From Eledone cirrhosa (Eukaryota), in assembly GCA_964016885.1 (NCBI GenBank), contig OZ024743.1, forward strand, positions 5,580,001 to 5,644,000: a stretch of 64,000 nt of DNA, given 5' to 3'. A program made the position numbers and the translations under genes. Below are positions 12,904 through 24,400 of the stretch, one piece after another. The notes under the pieces were generated by a model. The model was not told the origin of the DNA and did not search any database. It saw only the letters and a list, made by a program, of their open reading frames with translations. Numbering within the stretch: the first letter of the stretch is position 1; every line of letters begins with the position of its first letter.

Positions 12904-13073
12904 TGTCCCCCTTGCTTCTGCTGGACATCACCAGAGGGCGTTAGCCCACCCACCCCGGTGTTTGCATAGCTACGGCTTCCTAAGACCGTATTTCTTTGGA
13001 GATACGAAATATTTATACATACTGTATAAAGCTATGCTTGAAGCGAAATCCTATTTCTTTTCTATATATATAT

Positions 13074-13360
13074 ATATCACATAAGAAACGGAGAATCAGT
13101 GTTGCATCGAATAAAATTTATTAGACATATTACAATCGTTTCTCTGGCGACCAGCTCGATTTCAGAGTCAGGTTCGATCATTACATCGATCGTGCCCTCG
13201 AGCTGGTCGCCAGAGAAACGATTGTAATATGTCTAATAAATTTTATTCGTCCCAACACTGATTCTCCGTTTCTTATGTGATATCATACTCTGCTCTGTAA
13301 GAGCATCGAGTGCTCAAACGGCCTACCGCTTACGGACGCTTTAAGCATCCCACACCAATT
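13074..13360. mobile_element. Fold-back element (86-bp arms), Penelope-like pLTR end
   Basis: Arms 13074-13159 / 13198-13283 nearly perfect; GAAAcgattgTA followed by AATAAA; (TA)n both sides. Confidence 0.65.
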
Positions 13361-13365
13361 ATATA

Positions 13366-13414
<49 letters not shown>

Positions 13415-13420
<6 letters not shown>

Positions 13421-14389
13421 CTTACTTACACGAAGTCCTCTTCCTGATTGTTGTATTATTTTGTACCAAATCAAAGTTTCTTGAATTTACTTTGCCATTT
13501 CGACAAGAGGTCCATGTCAATGAAAGACTTGTCTGAGCCTGTGTCAAGTAAACCTTCTTTTTTGTGTGAATTGACATAAATTGTTAAAAGGTTTGTATTA
13601 TGATTCACGGAAGCAAGTTTATAACAGGCACCAAGATTACTGCCATCATGGGCTTCATCGGGGCCCTCGTTATTATTCAAGACTGCTGCGTGTTTTATCT
13701 TCTTTAGTACCTTCTTATTTTTAACAAAACATACTGTTGCCCAGTGGCCTTTCTTGTGGCAGAAATTGCAAGTTGAATTTTTTGCAGGGCACTCTGATTT
13801 TTTGTGATATGAACCACCACACCAGAAACATTTTGATGAAGAAGCAGCGAATATGGGTTGTGACGGGGGTTGTATTGTTGTTGTTGACAGATTTTGTGCG
13901 TCTTCTATTGCCAGTTCTGTGAGAGCGGTTTGGAATATTTTATCTAGATTTTCGTCAGGTGATTCCAGAAGTCGTTGTTTTATGGTGGCGGATTGAACAC
14001 TTGACACGAACGCATCACAAATCAACAATTGTCTATGTTGTTCCCCTGTTAGGGTTTAGTGGGGAATTTCTTTGCGAGGGCTTTTAATTCAGTCATGTAG
14101 GCCTCCAATGATTGCCCTTCTTGTTGACGATGGTTGCGTAGTTTATGTCGGGTCATTATTGCTGAGCCTTTCTTTTGAAATTTATTATCAAGAATGGATG
14201 ACGCCTCATCGAATGATGTTGCTTCTTCAATGAGAGTATAAGCATTGGCTCTGCAAAGAACCAGAAGGACTGACAGCTTACTTTCGTCAGAAACAGACAA
14301 GTTTTCCAAATAGATCGCCAACATTCATAGGCATAATCGGATTCACTAGGATCATCCGGAAGAATTTTCTTGAATATTTTCGGATCCAT
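13415..14389 (-). pseudogene. Ty3/Gypsy gag-protease remnant
   Basis: MDPKIFKK start; two zinc knuckles (CFWCGGSYH..C, CNFCHKKGHWATVC); protease LLDTGS; frameshifts. Confidence 0.85.
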
Positions 14390-14499
14390 GATTGAATAAA
14401 ATTGTCTCTGTTGTTCCCCTATTAGGGGTTTAGTGGGGCATTTCAATTGACGTCCCCTATCTGAGACAAATGCAGCTTTAATCAAAATAGAATACATTT

Positions 14500-15745
14500 C
14501 CTTGGACATGTCATAGAAAAAGGTAAATTAAGATCGGTCTTTTTGCATAATATGCTAAATGAATTAAGGGCTCTTCTAACCTCTCAGTCGTTCTTACAAA
14601 GGCAAGAAACACCATTGATAAACAAGGTCTATCAAACGAAGAAAAATCTACTATTAATAAGATGAAGGAAGAACTCATAAAGGCATCACTGTGTTCACCC
14701 GATTTCACTGCACCATTTATAATCGAAACCAATGCATCAAATATTGCTATTGGCGGAACTCTATCACAAAATGGTCGTCCAATTGCTTTTCTTAGTAGAA
14801 CCCTAAATAAGTCAGAAAAAGGACATTTCATCATCGAAAAGGAAGCTTGCGCAATTATAGAAAATGGAGGCATATGATCAGCGCTGTTCCACATTGTAAT
14901 ATAACAGACCAACGATCGGTTGCATTTGCGTTCAACAAAAAACACACTTCCAAGATTAAAAACGAGAAGGTAGCCCGTTGGCGACTGGAGTTAAGCAATT
15001 TTAACCTTACCTTCTCATATAGACCTGGTTCATTAAACCAAGCCGCAGACGCCCTATCGCGCTGCTGCTCTACTAAGACGGAACACGAATTATATAATAT
15101 TCACTCACGTCTATGTCATCCGGGGCTCACCAGACTTCTACATTATTGTAAATCAATGAACTTGGCATATTCTATTAATGAAATAAGAGAAGTTATCGTC
15201 AATTGCAAAATATGCCGTGAATTAAACCACAATTCTATAAACCACCCAAAGGAAGATTAATACATGCGACAAGACCCTGGGAAAGACTATCAATGGACTT
15301 TGTGGGTCCCATGGCTATCTCAAACGGTTTTCGATTTATATTAACTATAGTTGACGAGTACTCACGTTTTCCATTCGCCATTCCCTGTAAAGAGATAACA
15401 ACGGACGTAGTAATTAAACATCTATTGGAGATATTCTCTATATTTGGAAAACCCAGTTCGATTCATACGGATAGGGGACGTCAATTTGAATGACAAAAAC
15501 ACAGATTTCTTATGGAGTAATAACATTGTAAAAAGCCACACCACGCCATATCGACCCCAAGTCAACGGCCAATGCGAAAGAGTTAACGGCACAATATGCA
15601 AAACGATAAGTCTGGCATTGAAAACAAATAATCTTAATAAAAATGGAGTAACATGATTCCAATCGCTCTGTCGTCTATCCGAGGATTGCTTTGCACTGCT
15701 ACAAACGCCACACCACATGAAAGAGTATTTTCATTCACCAGAAGG
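14500..15745 (+). pseudogene. Ty3/Gypsy pol remnant (RT end, RNase H, integrase), opposite strand to gag
   Basis: IETNASNIAIG, IEKEA, ITDQ, YRPG..N..ADALSR, H..LCHPG, MDFVGP, VDEYSRF, TDRGRQF, NGQCERVN; frameshifts and stops. Confidence 0.88.
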
Positions 15746-16159
15746 ACTGACAGCTTACTTTCCTCAGGAACAGACAAGTTTTTCAAATAGATCGCCAACA
15801 TTGATTAACGAAAGTGTGCACTCTGGCCAGCTGGATTCGACTTTTAATAACACGAACTTAGCTGGCCATTGAGTGAGGAAACGACCGAGGCTTTGACCGT
15901 TCTATTCGATTTGCTTCGTCTCTTTTATATATATGTGTGTGTTTTTGTGTGTGTGTGTTTCCGTCCAACTCATGAAGCTTGAAAAAACGAATATAAAATT
16001 ATAATGATGATATAATACAATTACAAAATAAAGCTAGATAATCGTTTACTTTATCACAGAAGACAATATTTTTCAACAGCTTAAATGATACAGTTCATTT
16101 TGTGGGGGTGATGCATAATGAATTTTGAAATTCTAAGTCTACAGAAGCCACGAATACTT

Positions 16160-16522
16160 TCTTTTCTTTTGGCACAAGGCCAGCAATTATCCTAGTGTAT
16201 TACTGGAGCTTAATTTTATTAACCCCCATAAGGATGAAAGGCAAAGTTAAACCACGGCAGGATTTGAACTGAGAACGTAAAAGGCCATAACTCTATACTA
16301 CAAAGCATGGTGTAAGACACTGCCTTTCCCTCCTAATAATTGTTTCTACTTTTGGCACAAGGCCAGCAATTATCCCAGTGCATTACTGGTACTTTATTTT
16401 ATCGACCTCGTAAGGATGAAAGGCAAAGTTAACCTTGGCAGGATTTGAACTCAGACCATAAAGGGACGTAACTCTTTGCTGCAAAGCATGGCGTCCGACC
16501 CTCTACAGATACTGGCAATCCA
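16160..16522 (-). mobile_element. Two adjacent SINE copies
   Basis: 16160-16325 and 16337-16522 both match the family. Confidence 0.8.
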
Positions 16523-16939
16523 ATTATGGTTTCTAACATTGACAGAAAGGCAAAAATAATTTAGGAGAGTAGTATAGCCAATTGTATTGACCTTGCATGA
16601 GAGATGATAGAGATTGGAACCAAGAATCTATACTCACTCACAATTTCAGTTTAGCAGAAGCTTATACCTTGGACAAATAACAGTAATAATGGCTTCTAAT
16701 TCAAGGCCAAGGCCAAACATTTGGAGGAAGGTAAAAGTCAATGATATTGACCACCCCCAGTTCTTGACTGGTGCTTTATTTTATTGACCCCAGAAGCATG
16801 AAAAGTAAAGATGACCTTGAACAGATTTGAACTGGGAATGTAAAGCACAGAAACAATTACCACAAATTGTTTTAGATACAAGCTCCTATTGCACCTGGAC
16901 TGCAGTGTTTTCAATGCATAGCTGAAATAATTCACTTAA

Positions 16940-17147
16940 CCCTTTATCATTTACATTACTCTATATTTACTATTGTATTTTCACAGTAAACACTTTATCT
17001 CACATAATATCGAATCATCAAGATTTTTATATTATTTATTTTGAGAACAATACCTTAATATAAGTATGAGCAGCTGGTTATGGCTGGTTTGAATAGAAAG
17101 AGGTGAGAGAATTCTGGCAGGATATGACCGGTTTAAATGCTAAAGGG
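16940..17147. mobile_element. piggyBac-type MITE
   Basis: TTAA|CCCTTT...AAAGGG|TTAA; same family at 35229-35432, 58382-58755, 60933-61425. Confidence 0.75.
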
Positions 17148-17786
17148 TTAATATACACTAATATTATCCCCTTTACCTATCTTTAAAGGGATGAAAGGCA
17201 AATTTGACCCAGGAGGAAGTTGAACTCAAAATATGTAGATAAAATTGAATACTGAAAGTCATTCAGGCTGCCACCCCAGTACTCTAATAAACAACAGTAA
17301 TAACAACATCATCATCATCATTTCATTTCATTTTACGTCCGCTTTTCCATGCTTGCAAGGGTGGGACGGGAACTGATTCTGGCTTGATTTCTACAGCTGG
17401 ATGCCCTTCCTAACACCAACCTCATTTGCAGTGAGTGCTGGGTGCTTTTTTGCCGTGGCACCTCCACAACCACTTTGCAGTGGAATGATAGGGACCCCAG
17501 TCCCTATCATCTCATTTTTAAAGCTGAGTAAACTGGAGCAATGTGAAATAAAGTGTCTTGCTCAAGGAAACAACACATCACCCGGTCTGAGAATTGAACT
17601 CACAACCTTTCGATTGCAAGGACGATGCTCTAACCACTAAGCCATGTGCCTCCATAATAACAACATGTACAATCAAAGAAAAAATAAACAAACAAGAAAA
17701 ATGATGTAACTTTTAATTTGTGATTTGATGTTTCATTTGAAATGAATTTTTAAAAATTAATGTAAAAATATTTTTTAAATGTGAAA

Positions 17787-18107
17787 TTATTTTTTCAGAT
17801 GTCTAAGATCAGATTTGCTTTTGCGATCCCTTTCTCTAAAGCGGTCTTTAGAAACTTTGTCAGAATCTCTGGACCTTTTCAAATCAGGTGAGCGCCTCTT
17901 TAAATCAGGAGAAGAACTGCGATTGGCACGATTTTGTGCACGAGAAATTGGAGAACGGCTACGACTGATTTCTCTAGAATTTTCTTCACTGCTTGCATGA
18001 GATTTTCTTTTGATTGGTTCAGGTGATGCTGATGATAACTTTCTGCGTTTCTCTGGATGGATAACAGCTGCACTAGATTTATTGTCATGTTTTGATTTGG
18101 AAGATTT
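17787..18107 (-). CDS. PPIL4: PPIL4 last coding exon (RS/SP-rich tail, TAA at 17787-17789)
   Basis: tag acceptor; 107 open codons incl. [21 protein letters not shown]. Confidence 0.88.
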   Translation of the reverse strand, partial: KSSKSKHDNKSSAAVIHPEKRRKLSSASPEPIKRKSHASSEENSREISRSRSPISRAQNRANRSSSPDLKRRSPDLKRSRDSDKVSKDRFRERDRKSKSDLRHLKK

Positions 18108-20959
18108 CTATAATTAATGAAAAAAGTTTTAAAATAATATATGTAGAAAAACACAGAAAACATAACAAACATATTTATTTTAACCTTTAACATGCTACAA
18201 GTATCTGTAATTACTGTATTATTTTACACTGTTGCTGATGCCATGGGGCTCTGATGAAATATAATTTAAGTTTTATAACCTATTTTTTCAACAATCTAAT
18301 CCAAATATTGACACTCTGTAAAGTGGTTGGAGATTGAAGAAAGACAATTCTGGGTTGGGAGGAATCTTCAGTCTTGCCAAGTACATGACAACCTCTCTAA
18401 TATTGGTGCTATGGTCAAATGCGCTAAGTATACTCTGTAAAATGGATGACATTAGGAAGGGATCCAAATGTAAAAACCATCCAAAATATGGAATGTATGA
18501 GTATGGCATGGTTCTCCAGTCTCTAGTCATAGACGATGATGACCTGTCCAATCCAAACCAGCTTGGATGATGATGATAAATAGAAATGAAAACAAAATGA
18601 TACACAAATAGCATACATAATGATTGTCTGTACAGCATTATATAATAAGGCAGCAAGGTTTTAAAGATTAACCAGATTTTGATTCATGAGAGAGAACAAA
18701 TCTGGTAACTGTTATGGAGCTTTTGATTAAATATAATCTAATACCACTGAAGATATTTTGACATATGAGACTGGATAGTGGCAGGAGATAACTGCAGCAT
18801 AGAGAAACATGACACCTGACAAAAAATTGTGAGATGTTTTAAATCAAAGGTTCTCAAAGTGGGCACTACTGCCCACCCAGAGAGTGTTGAGAAGGTCTTG
18901 GGGGCGGTGGGGGGGGGGGGGGGGGGGGGTGAATAGATGATATAATAGTATATTAAATATCAAATGATACATGTTATGTATAAATATAGTAAAATAAAAA
19001 ATATATATTTATTTATACATAGTTTTTATTACATTATTTATTATATATTATTTACAATTTACATGTAGGCAGGTATCTCTGGAAATAGGGTTGGGGGCAC
19101 TGATGATATTACATAGCCGTGAGGGGGGGGGGGGGGGGGGCTAAAAAGTTTGAGAACATCTGATTGAAATAAATAAACTGATAATGGTACCCACAACTTT
19201 AAAGAAACTAACCATATCTGTGGGCTGTATAATCTTGCTAAACAAAATTCATTATACATTCCTCATACCTTAGATGGTCTCTCACTAGCTGCTGACTGCT
19301 CACTATCACTTTCTTCCTGCTTTTTCTGTTTCTTGTGTTTTTTCTTATGCTTCTTCTTCTTTTTCTTCTTCTTTTTGTCCTTTTTCACCTGTGCAGCTTC
19401 AATTTCAGCATCAAGGTCATCATCTTCCAGTACAAGTTCATATTTTTTTCTGGTGTTATGTTAAAGAAAAACAATCAAGATTCACAAAGCCCCAGCAAAG
19501 CTGAGTTGAAGAACTGAGTTATGTATGAAGAGATGATGGCTGCAATCTAGAATAGCATTGTCTTGTTATTGGATGCCCTCCTTGTGTTACTTATAACCTA
19601 AGCTAGCATGGCAGATGAGCCAACAAGGAAGCTCCGAAGTGGTCGCTTGACTTACTAGAAATAACAGTCTTTCAAACCATACCCTACCATCCTCAAAATG
19701 GAAAGACACATTGAATATGGCAGAAAATAAAATGAGATGAGTTTGCTGATTCAGAATTCACATGGGGCTAAGCAGAAGTTCAGCAGTAGTGATAGCAATG
19801 TACCATGGTGTATATTTTTCTCAGTAGAGAACCTGGTAGTCACAGATGTGAAAACTGTGATGAAACCAGCATGTCAGCTAAAAATCTGAACAGATCATCT
19901 AACACAGACACTTTGTTATGATTCTGACAAATACACGAAACAATCAACTGCACAGTCTACCTAGCAGGGAAATATAAAAACTAATGCCACCTTCCTATGA
20001 ATATAAAGTATAGTTCCTCATTGTAAAAAGCAAATTATCTACTTTTCACATTTCTTCATATCTTCTATCTAGAGCAAGTTAGTTTGGCAGAACCTTTCCT
20101 TCTCCAAAACCCTTTTTACAGGTAATATCCAATAGCAAGGATGTGCACTCTGCACTTTAAATTAATGAAATACTCATTTTTACAGAGCTGGATTTTTTTT
20201 CCAATGGCAATACTTATTTACAGCTAGAAGTACTGGGTTGTTTGATAGTTTAATCTCTCAGCCACAGACATAACACAGTTCTGATAACAAGACACCTTTC
20301 AACTGGTTGCCGAGTTCTCTAGCATCTTTGTCATCTGCTCTTACATATTGATGAATGTTTTATTTACTTAGTGTTGTGCTCAAATCTTCCAATAGCCAAC
20401 TAAAGAGTAGATTAAAACAAAAATAAAGATGCCCCACCACATCCAAGCCATGTCTACAATGTGTTTTTAATTTATGTCTTATATATGTAGGTGTCATGAC
20501 AAAAAGCACCCAGCACACACTGTAAATGTGGTTGGCATTTAGGAAGGGCGTCCAGCCATAGAAAACCAGTCCTGTGCGAGCAAAACATGGTCCTCCAACC
20601 TAATCTCTCACAAAGGAACAGCCCGTCCTACCCATGCTAGCGTGGAAAATGGACGTTAAACGGTGATGATGATGATTGTTGGTGATCTCTGGCATGAGCA
20701 TTGCATCTCCAGCCCACATTCCATTTTCCTTCATGTGGAAAGGTTTAGCTTCATCCCTATATAAAGAATCAGAGAGTAATCCCTATAGCACTCTGTTGAT
20801 GAAGATTACTTAGGCACAATATTAAGATAAGTGGAAAACAGAATGAAAAAGTACCAAAGACAGAAAAATATTCCAAGCCCTTTGAAGACGTGCCGGCAGT
20901 AGAGTAGAACAAAAGCAAATGACTCGGTGATGAAGTACCAAATTAACTGGAACTAATGG

Positions 20960-21007
<48 letters not shown>

Positions 21008-21349
21008 AAAGAATAGAGGTGTAACACACAAGTTATTATATATTGGTAAACGGAATAGAAAATGCTGATAAATTGTTCACAGTTGAAAAATGGTTTAATT
21101 AGGAATAAAAGAGTATTAGTGATTGTATGGGTTAGTATTCAGTTGTGTTTGCTCTGATCAGAGCAAACAGCACGGACACTCTATCTCAAAATTATTTTTG
21201 AAAAGCATTTAGAAATGCGCAACCGGTAAAAACTTAAAAACTTAAAACCACAACTGAATACTAACCCATACAATCACTAATACTCTTTTATTCCTAATTA
21301 AACCATTTTTCAACTGTGAACAATTTATCAGCATTTTCTATTCCGTTTA

Positions 21350-21412
<63 letters not shown>

Positions 21413-24400
21413 CCACAAGAAATTGTTTTAAAGGATACTCTTCTTTTCTGGAATTGTTTTTCAAAACATATTGAGGTTGAGGTGGATCAGGTTTGCTAGG
21501 CACTACATCAACACCTTTCCCTGTAAGGAATAAAATGATCAAATATTCTATAGATGAAAAAATTCTCTTTTATCTCTAAAGACCTATAATCTTATTAACA
21601 ACACATCTCAGGCATCTTTGCATTTAATTTTATAGATATTTTATAACTATTATAATTTTAGTGTAATATGTCATCATTTTATGATAATGATATTACAGAC
21701 TGGCAAAGACAGATCTTCAGACTAAAGGCCTTACAATATTTACTTTTGTCCCTCAAAATTCTGAAAACAAATCTTGTGGGCATCAACAGAATCAGGAATA
21801 GGTATATACTGGGCAAGTATTGGGTTAAATTTAATCAACTATACCCATCTCCTAGAAATGTGTGATCTCATGCCAATATAAAAAAATTATTATTATTATC
21901 ATTTTATAGATACTTTTTTATGTTTAAATATATTATGGAGGCACTCCGTCAGTTATGAGTGTTCCAGTTGATACAATCAATGAAACAGCTTGCTAGGGAA
22001 ATTAACGTGAAAGTGGCTGAGCAGTCCACTGATATGCATACACTTAATGTAATTCTCAGGGAGATTCAGCACGACACAGACACAGAATGTGTGACAAGGC
22101 TGGCCATTCGAATTACAAGTACAACTCATTTTTGCCAGCTGAGAGGACTGAAGCAACATGAAATAAAGTATCTTGCTCAAGGACACAATGCGCTGCCAGG
22201 AATCAAACTCACAACCTTACGATTGTAAGCCATATACCCTAACCACAAAGCCACGCGCCTTCACATTTGTAATATATACCTTAACAGAAAGAGACTATTT
22301 AGGAATGTCGACTATCTAAATTAAGGGTTGCAGCTTGCCAAGTTGTAACATGGTGCATATCATGTCAGTGGAGCTGTAATTGTTCTTAACAAATATACTT
22401 AAGTTTTATGGGCTCAACCCACTTGTCTGTAGTTTGGTATTATAGAGGTATAGTTCACCATTGAGATGGCATAAGGAACTGTATAACTGATGACTATTAA
22501 GGTTGCAATGATAAGTTGAAATCATTGCACTGTATATTGGGAAAGAGATGGATACTACAAGCAATGTTAATAAGTACTAGTTTGACACTGAAACTAATTC
22601 AATCAATTATTGTTTCCTCTGCTGTCAATGTGTGAGATCATTATCTATGATTGTTAATACTGAGTCATGATATATAGTAGCTGATTGAAATTGAATCATC
22701 ATCATCATCATCATCATCAGGTTTAGCGTCCGTGTTCCACGCTTGCATGGGTTTGGACGGGGGTTTTCCCACTTGAGGCAAGAGTGGTTGTCTTGCTCGC
22801 ATAGGACTGTCTGGCGGGTTTTCTACAGTTGGATGCCCTTCCTAACACCAACCACATTTACAGTGTGGGGCTGGGAGGTTTTTACCGTGTTGCCTACACG
22901 GCCACATTACAGCGTGGACTGTCTGGCGGGTTTTCTACAGCTGGATGCCCTTCCTAACACCAACCACATTTACAGTGTGGGGCTGGGAGGTTTTTACCGT
23001 GTTGCCTACACGGCCACATTTACAGCGTGGACTGTGTGTTTTTTGTCGTGACACCTACACGATCTCATTTGTTTCGGCCTGGATGTTGTGGGACCAACAT
23101 AACTTTACATTGAAAGGGGCGGTGTGGGTGGGGTGGAGGTGGTGGAACGGGGGTGTGTTTTGATAGAGGTGCCTACTGACTGTAGTAGGTTTTTACTTTG
23201 TATTTAGGTAAGGCGGGTCTTCTCTATTACTGAGTACCGCCAAAGGTCTCGGTCCAGTGACATTGTCTTGGAGAGGTGTAAGCGTGTGAGGTCGGAATTT
23301 ATCAGCTCGTCCCATGTTTTTCTGGGTCTGCCTACTCCGTGGCTACCGTCTATCTTTATTGCCCTGCACTTTGTTATACAGCTGTCGTCTTTCATGCGCA
23401 TCACGTGACCGTACCAACGTAGCCTTCTCTCGAGTAAACAACATCTGATCCCTCTTATTTCTAATTTTTTCCTTAGTTCGTTTATGCTTTGCCGTTCACG
23501 TATATTACTATTGCACATCCAGCGGAGCATGCAAGCTTCGTTCCTCTCTAGTCTGCGTATATCCTCTGCACACAATGCCCAGGTCTCACTGCCATGCAGC
23601 ATTGCTGTTCGTATGCAGGCATCGTATAACCTGCCTTTCATTTTTAGGGAGAACCCTCTAGCGGCTAATAGTGGTATAAGCTCTCTGAACTTTTTCCATC
23701 CAGTTCTGACTCTAGCTACTGTACTTTCAGAGCACCCTCCCCCACTGCTGATTTTGTCACCCAGATAACGGAAGCTGTCCACTATTTCTATAGAACCCTC
23801 TGCGCAGTTGAAGGAGCTAGTATTTTGTGGGCACTTGCTGCTACTTATTGCACCAGAGCACCGGCCACATGTAAAATCTATGTTCTTAGTTAGCTTACCT
23901 GTGATCCCACTACATCTTTTATGCACCCATACTTTGCATTTGGGACATAAAATGGAGTTTCTACCTACGCCTTTCCTACACACTGAGCATGGCCATTTCC
24001 CCGATGGGACCGCCGCCTTATTTTCTTTCCTACAAACTAGAACTTTAGTCTTAGCCAGGTTAATTTTAAGGCCTTTTGATTCTAGGCCGTGCTTCCACGT
24101 TTGGAATTTCTTCTCTAGTTCGGTCATTGATTCAGCTATGAGCGTTAGATCATCTGCGTATAGGAGTTCCCATGGGCAGCCGGTCTTGAACTCCTCTGTT
24201 ATAGCCTGAAGGGCAATAATAAATAGTAGGGGGCTAAGTACAGAGCCCTGATGGACACCAACTTTTACGCTAAACTCTTCACTATATTCGTTGTTAATTC
24301 TAACCTTACTGACTGTTTCTTTATACATGGCTTGTATAGCTCTCACAAGCCATTCGTCAACACCTAGTTTTCTAAGAGACCACCAGATAATGGAACGGGG

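Larger units (their letters stand above)
12371..13061. mobile_element. Non-coding hammerhead-bearing retroelement (retrozyme / Penelope-like pseudo-LTR type): partial tandem on minus (12371-12812) plus inverted copy on plus (12811-13061)
   Basis: 12371-12488 repeats directly at 12700-12812; ~12650-12812 is inverted at ~12891-13061; (TA)n on both sides; contains HHRs. Confidence 0.8.

Noticed and set aside
12211-12969. ORFs 12211..12588, 12726..12953 and 12772..12969 with repeated peptide GGLTPSGDVQQKQGGQ
   Set aside because: By-product of the GC-richer repeated non-coding unit; no domain, starts in microsatellite or poly-G, and the RNA structure explains the sequence better
17900-18193. ORF-track proteins 17900..18193 (-) and 17815..18000 (+)
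   Set aside because: Wrong-frame or antisense readings of the PPIL4 last exon
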